From assembly GCF_006345805.1 (NCBI RefSeq), contig NC_042998.1, positions 74,214,001-74,278,000 of the forward strand: a stretch of 64,000 nt of DNA. The letters are read 5' to 3'. Each line of letters opens with the position of its first letter. Position 1 is the first letter of the stretch. The translations under genes were made by a program, and so were the position numbers. Shown here one piece after another: positions 36,729 to 52,261 of the stretch. The stretch comes from Octopus sinensis (Eukaryota). The notes below the pieces were generated by a model. That model was not told the DNA's origin. It saw only the letters and a program-made list of their open reading frames with translations, and searched no databases.

Positions 36729-36824
36729 CTGTAAGGTTATAATAAATGAGAAGGTCGCCATCGTTGTCCTGTTCACAGACACACTACTTTGGTTACACTG
36801 AGGCCCGAACTCTTCAAACCGACA
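36729..36824 (-). CDS. Candidate 96-nt exon of an unidentified minus-strand gene (CRFEEFGPQCNQSSVSVNRTTMATFSFIITLQ)
   Basis: Minus strand reads tactttatatcttttattacAG | exon | GTAAGT with CAG before the donor. Length is a multiple of 3 and only frame 0 is open. It contains acgATGGCG at 36761, a possible start giving MATFSFIITLQ. Confidence 0.45.
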
Positions 36825-37269
36825 CTGTAATAAAAGATATAAAGTATATATCTAACTGCTATAATATTAAAACATGGGAATATTAGGATAATGGTTGTTA
36901 GAATAGTGAAGTATTGAGAAAGAAAAAGTAGTCCTTACTTAAAGGACAAAATCTCTGGTAAGGCTTAAACACCCTTAGACTCTTGTTATCTCTAGAAGAC
37001 AATGAACAAAAGATATCTAAAATACGATATCCACACAAACACAAAAACTACTATCATATAAGTGTTATAACGATTCGTAGTTGTTGCATTACATGATGAA
37101 TTCAGAACCATATAAAGTACACCAGATGCTTATCGAAGTAATATAGCATAACAGGTGTCATCACAATTTGTCATACATGACTGATATCACCTCAATGTCT
37201 TATATGTGACAGTTGTCATCTTAAGATGTTATATACAACTGATGTCACCTCAATATATTTAGTATAACA

Positions 37270-37480
37270 AGGCAGTGAGCAGGTAGAATAGTTAGCACGC
37301 CAAGCAAAATGCTTAGCGGTATTTCGTCCCTCTTTGCATTCTGAGTTCAAATTCCTCCGAGGTCCACTCTGCCTTTCATCCTTTCGGAGTCGATAAAATA
37401 AGCACCAGTTGAGTACTTGAGTTGATGTAATTGATTTACTTCTCCCTCGAAATTGCTGGCCTTGTGCTAAAATTTGAAAT
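37270..37480 (+). mobile_element. SINE family A copy
   Basis: AAGGCAGTGAGCAGGTAGAATAGTTAGCACGCC..GAGTTCAAATTCC..GCTGGCCTTGTGCTAAAATTTGAAA. Confidence 0.85.
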
Positions 37481-38989
37481 CTATATATATAGTATAACAT
37501 ATATAGTATATATAGTATATATAGTATATAGTCACCTCAGCATGTTATATAGTATTATATCTGTGAATGTAAGCATTATCATCGTTTAACGTCCACTTTT
37601 CCATCATGCATGGATCATATGGAATTTGTTGAGGCGCATTTTTTTCTACGGTTGGATGCCCTTCCTGTAGTCAAAACAAAGTTCTTCAAATGACAAACTT
37701 CCATTTTGAAAAAGGACACGTTGGATAATGAAATCTTAAGGGTGATCATCAAGTGAATCTTAGATAATGGGCTTCTTGAATAAGAGCTAACTTGGAGTGA
37801 AACAACAACAGTCAGAAACTCAAGAATATAACAGCCCAGTTTTCGGTTTCAAATTGATTCCAATTCAAACAGCAAAACTTTATGGATCTAAAGAGACGAA
37901 GTAACTTCTCGTTTATTGTCTCATAATAGAGAAGTGTCTTTAGAATTGGTTGCCAACAATTTCCTCCTTTCCAACAACGGTAAATCGATGAACATAAAGA
38001 AATATGTGTGAATATATATGTGTTTACATACATACGTATGTACAAGGGTGTGCACGTGCAGGTGCGCCAATGTATATGTGGATATATACACATATATATG
38101 CACACACAACACTCACACACACACACACACATACTCCATCCTGGTTGTAGTTCAATGACTGGAACTACCAAAGATTGTGTCTATATACATACATACGTAT
38201 ATAGATATATATTATAGATAGTATATATATATATATTATATATATATATATTATGCATTTATCTATCTATCTATATATATACACACCATATATATATATA
38301 TAAATGATAGATAGGTAGATATACATACATACATACATACATACATACATACATACATACATACAAATACATACATACATACATACATGCATACATACAT
38401 ATATACATACACACACAGAGACAAGCACACATATACATACACACGCACACAGAAAAAATACACGCACCCACCCACATATATATATATTGTATCATATCCC
38501 TATCGTATTTATATATTCATACACACACATACAAACATAATAAACGTGTGTATGAGTGTATAAATGAGAAAGAGATATTGATACAATTATAGATATATTT
38601 AGATAGACTATATATAAATATCGACGCATATAATAAATACGTTTGTCAGCATGTAAGCGTGTATGTGAGTGTGTGAGTGTGTATGTATGTATATATATAT
38701 GTATATATATATGTATATATATATATATATATACTATCTTGTTTATGTATTATGTTGTGTCTGAAGGGTGGCTAGTATGCGGGTTAAGTTGAAAGCAGAT
38801 ATTAAGAAAATCTAAAGAGATAGATAGAATGATCAAAGACTGAAAATAGAAGAGAGAAAGTAGAAACAAGACAGAAGGAAAAAAAAAGAAAAGAAAAAAA
38901 AAGCTGTGGGGGTGGGTTTTTCTATAAGTCTTCGTTTTTACGAAATTAATATATTAATGGAAAATGGGCGGCCAAAACCGATTATGTAC

Positions 38990-39400
38990 AACAACAACGA
39001 CGACGACGACGACTACTACTACTACTACAACTATTACTACTACTAACCCCACCACCACAACCACCAGAACCGCTGCCGCCACCACCAACCATTACTACTA
39101 CTACTACTACTACTAATTACTACTACTACAACTATACTACTACTAAAACCCCACCACCACAACCACCACAACCGCTGGCGCCGCCACCACCACCAGTACT
39201 ACTATACTACTACTACTACTACTACACTACGACTCTACTACTACACTACTAATACTACAACTATTACTACTACTAACCCCACCACCACAACCACCACAAC
39301 CGCTGCCGCCACCACCACCATTACTACTACTACTACTACTACTAATACTACTACTATTACTACTAGTAATGCTACTGCTGCTGCATCCATAGCGATAGCT
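38990..39400. repeat. Compound trinucleotide array with a higher-order unit of about 115-120 bp repeated three times
   Basis: The unit (CTA)n-CAACTATTACTACTACTAACCCCACCACCACAACCACC..AACCGCTGCCGCCACCACC recurs at about 39014, 39120 and 39250. Confidence 0.85.
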
Positions 39401-39719
39401 ACAGCAAATGAGAAACGGAAAGCAGCCATAACGAAAGGAATGGTAACAACAGAAACAACTACAAAGACCAGCAACTACAACAATAACAACACCAACAACA
39501 ATAACAGCCAGAATGACTACGGCATCAACAAACAACAAGTGAAAAAAACGAGAATTTGAATAATTCGGAAGAATTTTTGTGCGCACGTATATGTAAGCGT
39601 GTATGTATGTGTGCATGTGTGTGAGTGTGGGGGGGGGAGGGAGATTATGTGCGCATGTGTGTCATATCTATGTGTGTGTGTGTGCGTGTGTGTGTATAGA
39701 TATACATGTGTATGTATGT

Positions 39720-39907
39720 ATTGTTAGACAGACAGACGGACGACCGGACATATGTATACATACATACATACATACATACATACATACATACATACATACG
39801 CGCATACATATATACATACATACATATAGAGAGACAGATAGACATACAGGCAGACAGACACACAGACAGACACACAGACAGACACACAGACAGACAGACA
39901 GACAGAC

Positions 39908-39998
<91 letters not shown>

Positions 39999-40028
39999 TA
40001 GATAGATAGATAGACTGATAGATAGGCT

Positions 40029-40125
<97 letters not shown>

Positions 40126-40135
40126 GCAGACAGCT
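39720..40135. repeat. Compound (TACA)n/(CAGA)n/(GATA)n tetranucleotide array
   Basis: Direct reading. Representative of dozens of microsatellite tracts across the window. Confidence 0.95.
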
Positions 40136-40304
40136 GACGGGTAGATACTTCTGTTAATTGTAATCGAACGGTCCAGCATTCGAGGTATAGCATTTATTCA
40201 AAGCTAATGTCTATCTATATAAGTCGTTTACTCGGAGTTTTGTTGTTTCCAGGTGAGGAGCCAAAGAAAGTCTAACAAAGGAAGGTAAGGCTTTTGTATA
40301 AAAG

Positions 40305-40705
40305 GTGAGGTTGTGTGCTAAGAAGCTTGCTTCCCACCCCCATGTTTCCGGGTTCAGTCCCACTGCATGGTACCTTGGGCAAATGTCTCCTACTATAGAC
40401 TCGGGTCGACCAAAGCCTTGTGAGTAGATTTGGTAGACGAAAACTGAAAGAAGCCCGTCGTATATGTGTGTATGTATCTTTGTGTGCGTGTGTCTTTGTG
40501 TTTGTCCTTCACCACCGCTTGACAACCAGTGTTGATGTATTTACGTCCACGTAACTTAGAGGTACGGCAAAGGACACCAATAGAACAAGTGCTAGGCTTC
40601 AAAAAGAATAAGTTCTAAGGTTCGACTATAAATCCTTCAAGGTGGTGCCCTAGCATGGCCGCAGTCAAATGATTGAAACAAGTAAAAGATGAAAGATAAA
40701 AGATA
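40305..40705 (+). mobile_element. SINE family B copy
   Basis: Same modules as 26329, ending CAGTCAAATGATTGAAACAAGTAAAAGATGAAAGATAAAAGAT. Confidence 0.85.
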
Positions 40706-40738
40706 CACATAATATCGTCTGCTCGTACACATGTATAC

Positions 40739-40771
<33 letters not shown>

Positions 40772-40842
40772 TGTATGTATGTATGTATGTATGTATGTAT
40801 ATGTATGTAGTATGTATGTCCGTATGCGTGTATGCATGTATG

Positions 40843-40874
<32 letters not shown>

Positions 40875-40898
40875 GATGGATGGATGGATGGATGGATG

Positions 40899-40952
<54 letters not shown>

Positions 40953-41897
40953 TCATACTAGATAGATAGATAGATAGATAGATGCAAACTGAGAAAACGC
41001 GATATCCATGGAGACATGCATGTTTTGTATCCATGTAGAGCTTTATATGCACGTTGTGTGTGTATATGAATTTATATACATACATAGACCTGTACGTTGT
41101 ATATATATATACAGAGCTGCATACATAGACACATGTTATATTATGTATGTATTTCTACAATTCTATATATTCTTATACAAATCGCAGCAATCTTTATATG
41201 TATGTACCTTATTAAAAAACGCTTTGTTGCAACAGCTGGTTGACTATATTGATTTTGTTAGTGAACCACATATTTCTTATCGATCACTGATAAGCTTCTC
41301 AATATTTTCTTTCAGTTCCCTTCGATTATATTTGCTCCGTCGAGCTACCGTTAAATATTTATATACATAAAACGGCTCAAATATCTACACATATACGTCC
41401 ACATTGTTGAAAATGCAAACGTATACAGTTAATGTACACTCGCACACAAACACCCTCAAATAGATATCGGTATATATACATTCTCATAAATAAGAATGTC
41501 AAAGTACTCACACAAGTACATCCACTCACATCTATACACACAAAGCATACATTATATGCATACATGCACATATTCAAACATGCATGCATACATGTATATA
41601 TATATATATGCATATATACATGTATACATAAATGCATACATATACGCATGCATAAATACATATATACATACACGCATCATCATCGTTTAACGTCCGTTTT
41701 CCATGCTAGCATGGGTTGGACGAGTACATACCTACATACATACACACTACTGCAATCTGTAAGAACAGTAAAATATGCAAGATTTTTCTTAGGTTCAACG
41801 TGCGACACTTATTGTTGTATTTATTCAAATTTCAGCGATGGAGTTTTGATTCGTTGTTAGAGTACAGTTCTTTTACTTGAAGAACTTAAATAACGAA

Positions 41898-41936
<39 letters not shown>

Positions 41937-42047
41937 AGAGAAAGAAAGAAAGAAAGAAGTAAATAAATAGCTACACATGCATACTAACAAAGAAATGAAT
42001 GAGTGCGCATGCATGTATATATACATATGCATAGAGATAGATAGATT

Positions 42048-42109
<62 letters not shown>

Positions 42110-42489
42110 GATTGGAGAAGGTTACATTTGTAGCAGTGGGTACTGCAGATATCATTTGCACATATACTTGCATCTCTATATGAAGTAGTATTAAGAGGTG
42201 GAGAGGGCAACAACCCTGACCTTTCCAGTACCCCTTCAAATGCACACACACACACACATACTCACACACAAATGCAGTTATAATGGTTTGGCTAAGATGA
42301 TTGATGTTCGGTTCATGTATGTGTAGATCGATATGCGCAAGAGGAAAAGAAGGACATGAAGTGAAGGTAAGATTAATTGGGCTAAGTGTGAGGTGAGATG
42401 CGGAAGGAATGAAATAAGAAGGAGAGATATGTGTTTTGTCAGAATTATACGGCTAACTTGTTCAGAGGATTAAAGGCCCTTGTCAGTGT

Positions 42490-42639
<150 letters not shown>

Positions 42640-42845
42640 TACGTGCACACATACACACACACAGTTTCACCACCAAGAATGTGGTCATGCTAGAGCATCC
42701 TCTATACAATGAGAACTGATTCAATTTTGGTGAATAGGAGAGCCTAATGGCGTCATTCTTAGTGACGTTTCCTATCAAAAATTGACTAATTCTTTTGGAA
42801 TCGCAAGCAGTAGATTATCTAAGTACTTCTTGAATACATGTACAA

Positions 42846-42903
<58 letters not shown>

Positions 42904-43429
42904 CGCGCGTAAAAATTACTGTAAGATCATTAGAAATAGTCACCTACCATTTATAGCAATTTTCAGGGTTTTAACTGTTATTCATTTGTAGAGTGGGTTA
43001 CGGACATATTAAATCTGCTTCTTTGATATGCATTGTAGCTGTGTATTTGTGCAGTTGAGAACAATTAGATTGTCATATTCCTATAGAACTATGGTCATGA
43101 GGTTTGTTGTTCCTGAAGGTATTTCGATCACGTCTGTCGAGGTGTCTAAATTGAAGTGTGAATGACGTCTGTCTATGAACAGTTGAGAAGCGAAGAGTTA
43201 GTATTATATGTGTGTGGTGTTAGAGGTTACAGCAAGTGGTTTAGTTAATGCAAAAGAGAAGCATAACTAGATTCTGACATATACTAGAGCTTGATATGAA
43301 TACTGATCGGAGTCAGCCACCATTGTCACACGGTGGCTATGTTGTAGTCTGAACAGAATGATTGTCATACCAAAAATAAAAGAAGGTATAGAATGTAGAA
43401 AAAAAATTCCAGTATGATGTTTTCATATA

Positions 43430-43855
43430 GGCGCAGGAGTGGCTGTGTGGTAAGTAGCTTGCTTACCAACCACATGGTTCCGAGTTCAGTTCCACTGCGT
43501 GGCACCTTGGGCAAGTGTCTTCTACTATAGCCTCGAGCCGACCAAAGCCTTGTGAGTGGATTTGGTAGATGGAAACTGAAAGAAGCCCGTGTGTGTGTGT
43601 GTGTGTGTGTGTGTGTTGTGTGTGTGTGTGTGTGTGTGTGCGTGTGTGTGAGTCTGTTTGTCCCCACCAACATCGTTTGACAACCGATGCTGGTGTTTTT
43701 ACGTCCCCGTAACTTAGCGGTTCGTCAAAACAGACCGGTAGAATAAGTATTAGGCTTACAAAGAATAAGTCCTGGGGGGGCGGTCGATTTTCTCGACTAA
43801 GGGCGGTGCTCCAGCATGGCCACAGTCAAATGATTGAAACAAATAAAAAAGAATA
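43430..43855 (+). mobile_element. SINE family B, full-length copy
   Basis: GGCGCAGGAGTGGCTGTGTGGTAAG..GAGTTCAGTTCC (B-box)..GGCACCTTGGGCAAGT (CORE-like)..(GT)n..3' module. Confidence 0.9.
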
Positions 43856-44557
43856 TAATATATATATAGTGATTTTTCAGGAGTGACGACAACAGAACCA
43901 AACAAAATCAAACGAATCGCTTATTTACGTTTAATTCTAGTTTAACAATTTTACACACATAAACAAATACATAGATTATAATACACCCTCATTGTCTACA
44001 TTTGAAGGTGTGAGGCCTAAAACGGAGAATCAAACTGCTTGCGGTGAGTGATTATTGGAGAGAAGAGACAGCTAAATGGTTCAGGGCTGATATATCTACG
44101 AAATATCTCTTTGTTCTCGAGAATAAACAACATTAAATATCCTTAATACGGTTTTGATGAAAGTAAGAGCCTGAGGTTTGCAAGATAACTTAGACAGATG
44201 TGTAATGAGGTGTAGACGTGTAAACGTGTGTGGGAAAAAACGTGTCTGTTGAAGTTGTAAGTTATCAATTTGAAGTTGCTCTTTTGTAAAAATAAAGTTA
44301 CGATAATGGTTTTAAGGGTACAAAAAAAAAAGAAGAGAAAAAGAGCCATTATACCGCAGTAAAATATTGAAATCTGAGATACGTATGTGTATGCGTGTGT
44401 GTTTGTGCGTGTGTGTGTGTGTGTGTGTATGTGTGTGTGTGTGTATGCGTGCGTGCGTGCGTGTATGTATGAATGCATATATACATGTGTGTATGTATAT
44501 ATATACATGTATACAGAAAGAAAGAGAGAAAGAGAAAGACTATTCATTTATAACTAT

Positions 44558-44591
<34 letters not shown>

Positions 44592-44654
44592 GTAAATATA
44601 TGCGTATATGTGAAGATATAAATATATTTACGCACACTCACATATATATATATT

Positions 44655-45313
44655 GTGGTTAGTGGTTAGGGTGTTGCACCCATGCTCGTAACAATGCGGT
44701 TTCGATATCTGGACAGAGTAATGCGTTGTGCTCTTTTGCAAAAACACTTCATTTCCCGTTTCTCCAGTCCGCTCAGCTGGCAAATATAAGTAATCCTGTG
44801 GCGGACCGGCGTCCCATCCAGGTGAGAAATATATACGCCAAGACTTATGAGCACGGGAAGGACCTTTGATTTTTTTCATCATTTTTCGACACATATATGT
44901 ATATTGATCCCCCTTGGTGTGTGTGTGGGGGGGGAAAGATCACTGGGGCGCTGCAGTCATGCTGTATATCTAGGGCGAGGAAGCCTGGCGAAGCCCATCC
45001 CTTTTCCGGGCTAAATTCATTTCTACTGCTGAGTGGACTGGAACAATGTGAAATGAAGTGTTTTACTCAAGAGCACAACGGATAACCCGGTCCAGGGATC
45101 GAAACCACAATCTTACAATTGTGAATCCAACACTCTAACCACCAAACGACGCACCTCCTCTAGTGGTACTCATTTCTACAGCTGAGTAGACTGGAGCAAC
45201 ATGAAGTGAAGTGTTTTGCTCAAGAACACGACGCATCGCCCGGTCTAGAAATCGAAACCGCAATCTTACGATCGTGAGTCCAACACCCTAACCACTAAGC
45301 CACACGCCTCCAC
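44655..45313. mobile_element. SINE family C cluster: one forward copy facing two reverse copies
   Basis: Forward copy at about 44655-44870; reverse heads at about 45024-45160 and 45175-45313 (..CCCTAACCACTAAGCCACACGCCT). Confidence 0.8.
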
Positions 45314-45333
45314 ATATGTACGTATGTATGTAC

Positions 45334-45416
<83 letters not shown>

Positions 45417-45950
45417 ATCTATCTATCTATCTCTTCCTATAGCATGTGGTCGACGCAATACTTGCAAGTGAAACAAAGTAGGCAGAAACCGTATCGAAAC
45501 CCATATCATAGACTCTACCTGAAATTCAAAGGTCAATCTTTGTGACACTCTGTCAAGGGGATATTTTTACTTGAGAATTACATAAAAGATACACATGCCT
45601 GTGGAATACCCAGTAACTTATACGTTATTTTAGAGAAGAAGCTATTCAGTCGATCGAACAACTGATTCGACATCGTCGAAACCGACGGAGATCCATTTAA
45701 CTGCATCGGATGGATTGGCTGCACTAAAAGTATGTACATACTAAAATTAAATATTTAGAGTAATGTGTAGGTGAATATGCGTGTAAGCGAAGGCGACAAG
45801 CTGGCAGAACCGTTACCACGCCAGGTGAAATGCCTAGCAGCATTTCGTCCTCCTTTAAAGTCTGGACTCAAATTCTGCACACACACACACACACACACAC
45901 AACACACACACACAACACACACAACACACACACCACACCACATACATATA

Positions 45951-45990
<40 letters not shown>

Positions 45991-47676
45991 TATATATTAT
46001 ATATTATTATATACATATTATGTATATATATGTTTGTGTGTGTTTGTCTCTGTGTGTGTGTTCAGGAAATCTCTCCTATGTTGTATTGACACATTTTTGA
46101 CGAAAGATAGTATCATATATACCAGTCTTTTAGTAATATATGTAAATTTGTGTACATAGAACATTGCTGCAACTAATGCCCATCAGAAGTTCAAGCTGAA
46201 CTTTCAATTGTATCGATCAATTTTCTAAACAATGCTAAATCATGGTCAGACATTGTTACAGAATTATCCGATTCATTTCGGTGTAAGAAGCAGGCATTAG
46301 TCTTCTGCCTTATATCATTCATTAAGTCTCTTTTCTTAACTAAAGCCTATTTTCTTCAGAACCAATTTGATTGTGAAGACCTATGACTGCTGGGTGAGCG
46401 CCATACCTTTAAGCTAGAATTATTTTGAAACCTGAGATCATTTGAAGGATCTTTCTGATCAGTTGTTGCCATTTCGGATTTGTATCGACACTGCCTTTGG
46501 GTGTGAAGCAGTTGTGTATACTGTCCGCCATTACTTCTACGGTGAACACAGTTAAAGTTATCACCGCATTACCGAAGATCTACATTCAAGAGAATTCTAC
46601 CATAACATGAAATACTATAACGCGAAACGTATTCACCGACGACTTCCAAGTAAGGTCGAAAATAGGTTTAACGTTACAGATATTCACTTTGCGGTACGAT
46701 TTTCTAGAGCGCAACTCTTCTGTGATGCGGAGGATAGCATCAAAATTAAATTTGTTCTCAAGCCCGACATTTCAATCACTTTTAATTCGGCCCTTTATCT
46801 GGAATTCATCTCACTTCTTTCTGGTTGAATCGGATATCTTCCGCGTTAGAAATTCGGCTGAGATATTTGTTACGTCCCACACTCATCGGTTTATCGATTC
46901 ATGACGCTGATAGAAGTGTATCGTCTGAGTTGAGCTTTTGGCTCTTTGGTGATGCTTGTATTGGTAGTGAAACAGTTCAGTTATTCAACACTACTGAACT
47001 GCATATGAAGGAACTACAATAATCTCAGAATAAAGATGAAGGATGTAAAATTTCAGCTTTTCATATTGACCGCAATCTAGATCAACACAAAACGTACTAA
47101 AAATATTCAGGCGTCAAGTTCTATGGGCTGCCGTCCCTCAACAACAATACCAGTTGTTAATTGGTTTTAGCATTCCAAGGATCTCGGCAAAGATACAAAA
47201 TCTGCGTACCCTTAATACTTGTAGAATAAAGCTACATCAAACTTTTCCATTCTTAGGAACTGCCGGATGCCAAAATTGACATATCTTGTAAGTATTCCCT
47301 CTATTATGCTTGTTTGTAGTTTAACTGATTTTTGGCCTATTTACGAAAAAAAAAAAACCTAGGGAAAATACGTAATGTCGGTTTGTTAAATGTTCTTATC
47401 TGAACACAAACAACTTTTTTATCATTGTGTAATGGCAGTTTGGGATTTTGTATCACTCGAGACCTTCCATTGTCTTGCTTGTTGGCATCCTCCTATTCTG
47501 GTTAATTGAAGTTGGAAGGAAAAAGAATATAGTTAAGGTGGCAAGGATGCACCAGTAGTGTGTGTGTGTGTGTGTGTGTGTGCAATTTTTAGCACACGTA
47601 TACACACACAGCACACACACATATCTATACACACACATACACACAGACTCACATACATACACACAAACATACATAG

Positions 47677-48375
47677 AGTTCTATATTTAAGAGATGAGTA
47701 ATTATGTACATTATTAACATTTGACGGATATTTGTCCTCATCTTGTTTGTTCTTAACACGTTTCGGTTAATATACCTTCCAGCCTTCATCGGGTGTCTTG
47801 GGAAAATTTCTAACCCGGTTTCTCGTTCCTAAGTTATTTTTCGATGTTATATTAATAATAATAATAATTATCATCATCATCATCATCATTATTATTATTA
47901 TTATTATTCAAAATCACTGCCTCGAACTCAGAATCTTGGGGTTAGTAGCCCGCGCTCTTAACCACTACGCCATATGCCCGTGGGCAATTATAGAGTGAAT
48001 TTTAGGGCTTATAAATCTAATATTTTCCTATCCTTCCTTAATACCGGTTCTCATATGCTGCTCATATCTACACTCGGTCTGCTTAGGAGGTTGTTGTGTC
48101 CTAACATATGTGCTGTTTCTTTTAGTTTTCTTATTTTCCAGTAGTGTTCTCTGTCTATTATTTTAACTTCATCCCACAGGGGGAGGTGGTCTCTATTTTT
48201 CCCTACATGAACAGCTATACCCGATTTATCAATATCTCCTCGTGTCACAGTTTTGCGATGTTTGTCTACCCTTATTTTGAGGGGCGGCACATTTCACCTT
48301 TGTATAGCCTACCACAGCTGCACGGGATGGAGTACACGCAGTCTTTGGTCAAATTCTTTTCTGTTGGTTGCAATA
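47677..48375 (-). mobile_element. Penelope-like element 3' part: GIY-YIG C-terminus, tRNA-like module, (AAT/GAT)n, hammerhead pLTR
   Basis: Minus ORF 48051-48290 PLKIRVDKHRK..SGIAVHV..HLPLWDEVKIIDREHYW..RKLKE; near-identical to 59230-59955. A degenerate HHR (CCGAUGA) lies at about 47755-47797. Confidence 0.9.
47915..47979 (-). ncRNA. tRNA-like Pol III module inside the PLE 3' region
   Basis: GGGCATA-TGGCGTAGTGG (A-box)-TTAAGAGCGC-GGG-CTACTAA-CCC-CAAGATT-CTGA-GTTCGAGGC (B-box). The layout resembles tRNA-Arg(ACG) but the anticodon is ACT, and there is no downstream acceptor strand. Confidence 0.65.
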
Positions 48376-48394
48376 TGAACTTAATTTGTACTGG

Positions 48395-48590
48395 CACTCC
48401 GTCGGTTACGACGTCAAGGGTTCGAGTTGATCCGATCAACGGAACAGCCTGCTCGTGAAATTAACGTGCAAGTGGCTAAGCAATCCACAAGCACGCATAC
48501 CCTTAACGTATTTCTCAGGGTTGACTTAGCGTGACGCAGAATGTGACAAGGCTGGCCCTTTAAATTACAGATATAACATATTCTTGCCAG
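48395..48590 (-). mobile_element. SINE family C 3' part, reverse
   Basis: Reverse complement of 2880-3060. Confidence 0.8.
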
Positions 48591-48924
48591 CTCACGATCG
48601 TGAGCCGAATACCCTAAACACTAAGCTAAACATCCTTCACAACCTATTTTACCTGCAATATATTAACGACTACTTAAATATAGTCTGAAAACAGGTGAAA
48701 AATAACAAAACGCAACTCCATTGAATAAACTTTTCCTACATCTCCATACATTTTGCAGAATTATTCACCTATAAGATACGTGTAAACTCTAGATTTTGTT
48801 CATTGTTTCATTCAGCCTTGAGACAAATGAATCTTGAAAGTCAAGGACAACATATATCCGTGAGTGCCTGCGTGAGTATATAATTATCACAGTCAACCTA
48901 TATATACACACACACATACTCACA

Positions 48925-48991
<67 letters not shown>

Positions 48992-49228
48992 GAGAAAAGG
49001 TTGAGTTCTATTTCAACCTTTACTTTGGAGGGTTCCAAAGGTCGATTTCTAATAATGACTCTTCATATTTCATTGGTAGGTTACAGTTGTAAGAATTTTG
49101 CGAATATGGAAATGCTACAAGTATAAGGTGTGTTATGAGAATTTATAGAACAAGTACCCTACAGAAACTGAACAAATTTTTAAAGATGGGTAAGAGAATA
49201 TGTTAAAAATTTGAAAAGAATTTAATCC

Positions 49229-49342
49229 ATGCATACGATCGTTTCAAACGGCAATATTAATATGTAAATAACATGGTCGAAAAATTACAATTAATTTAAT
49301 TTAAATTAAATTAATTGCGTATTACTGTTCTCCTCAGTGCGA
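49229..49342 (-). ncRNA. Type I hammerhead (family H2-related) with long stem II, core intact
   Basis: Minus strand UCGCA-CUGAGGA-GAACAGUAAUA..(AT-rich loop)..UAUUGCCGUUU-GAAAC(GAUC)GUA/UGCAU. Stem II is 11 bp with one mismatch; stem I is only 3 bp. Confidence 0.6.
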
Positions 49343-49603
49343 AAATAGAATACATCAAAACTAATATTATTATTATTATTACAGAATACTTGATAGAGTA
49401 TCACATAACACATTCGGATATACATATCATCCTCATGAAAGATTAAGAGCATGCTAAGATTTTGTAAGCAGAGTTAGCCGTTGGAATAACCGTCTTAGGG
49501 ATAAGAATATCCGTTCTTACTACTGGTATCATTTACCTATATTATCTCTGGGCATGGGTATGCAAGCACACTGTGCTTATAGGGTACGGGTAATAAATTT
49601 AAA

Positions 49604-50213
<610 letters not shown>

Positions 50214-50551
50214 TATATATATATTATATATATATATATCATCTCAGTTGTAACTGCCCGAAATGGTCATGACTTCTGGGACTTGACTGATGAAAGAAAA
50301 CCAACCATGACCCGTCTTTGCTTGCCTGTCCTTCTAATTGTTGTTTCCCTTGTCCGCCTTTGTATTGTCTATCTGAACATTTTAATTCCCTCTATTGCGT
50401 TCTTTTCCATTTATATGTGTGTATATATATATCTATATACTGTGACTTGCTCACTTCTTATTTCTAACATTATAAAAACTCTACGGATACCTCTGTGTGT
50501 GTGTCTGTGTTTCAGACATTAGTATACCCCAATAAAGAGATAATAATGAAG

Positions 50552-50618
<67 letters not shown>

Positions 50619-50674
50619 TAAGTAGAAGAAGAAGAAGGAGTAGAATATACATGTGTGTGTGCGTATGTATAGGC

Positions 50675-50743
<69 letters not shown>

Positions 50744-50942
50744 CATATATATATAATATACACGGATAAGTAGAACGTTGGAATTATTTGTGAATTAAGC
50801 CTACCATTAATTTCATGTTAAGAAGAGTAGGAAAATATTCAAGTATCTTAACAATTCTTCAAGCTGATCACATGGAGAAAGGTGTTCGCCACCTTCCACA
50901 AATAAATATACATGTGTGTGTGTGTGTGTGTCTATATATATA

Positions 50943-50995
<53 letters not shown>

Positions 50996-51003
<8 letters not shown>

Positions 51004-51019
51004 CAAGAAATGGAAAGCA

Positions 51020-51083
<64 letters not shown>

Positions 51084-52064
51084 GCAAGAAATGGAAAGCA
51101 AAAAAGATCTTTGAAATACTACATAATGTGCTCAAGTTTTTCACTTGCCCCCTACTTCTTAGCCTATTCAGCCGAGTAAACACACAGTGAAATCACTAAA
51201 AGCTCTCTCTAACCGACACCATGTACTATTACTAAAACATTATCTCTGTCTCCCCTCTCTCTTTCTATCTCTTCCTTTTTTCTCCTTCTCTCTCTCTCAC
51301 ACACACACATTGTCTCTGTCTCTCTTTATCTCCCAGCCACTACGCACCATCAGAAAATCCAGCCTGTTTCTATAGCATCAAACAACCAGGTATGTCCTCC
51401 ACCACTTCCACCACTTCCAACACAACCACCACCACAACCACCACCACAACCACCGCATCAATCCTCTCTGCCTACACGAAACGATGCAAATCACACACCT
51501 GCTAACGACATTTACATTAGGACCACAACTCCACCGATCACACATTAGCTTTCATCAGTACAGTTGGGCATTATCTGCACATTAACTCAACATTAGTTGC
51601 ATATTAAGTGCACATTAGCTGCACACTGCAACAATATGTTTCATACATGTATCACAGACACATTAATCGATCTGTGAACCATCCATGTCTCAGGAGCGAT
51701 TGATTTATCGTTTTCACTACTTTCTTCCAATTCTACAGTTTAACTTTTCTTTAACTACATACTTTGCTGTTCTCCTCCAACACTGTCTCTGTCTCTCTCT
51801 CTTTCTCTCTCCCTCTCTTTCTATCTCTCTATCTATCTACCTGTCTCATTTAACATTCTACCTATCCAACAACCTATCTATTTACCTACTTACCTACCTG
51901 TCATCTAACTGTCTATTTATCTATTTTCTCATACATTTATTACATATCTGCCTGTGTCAAACCCTGTATCTACTTAACCACCTACCTACATGCTTACCTA
52001 TTTACACACACATACATATATACATACATAAATATATACATATATATATATGCATATATATATG

Positions 52065-52108
<44 letters not shown>

Positions 52109-52115
52109 ATAATAT

Positions 52116-52174
<59 letters not shown>

Positions 52175-52216
52175 CACACGCAAGAAATGGAAGCAATGTG
52201 TGTGTGTGTGTGTGTG

Positions 52217-52261
<45 letters not shown>

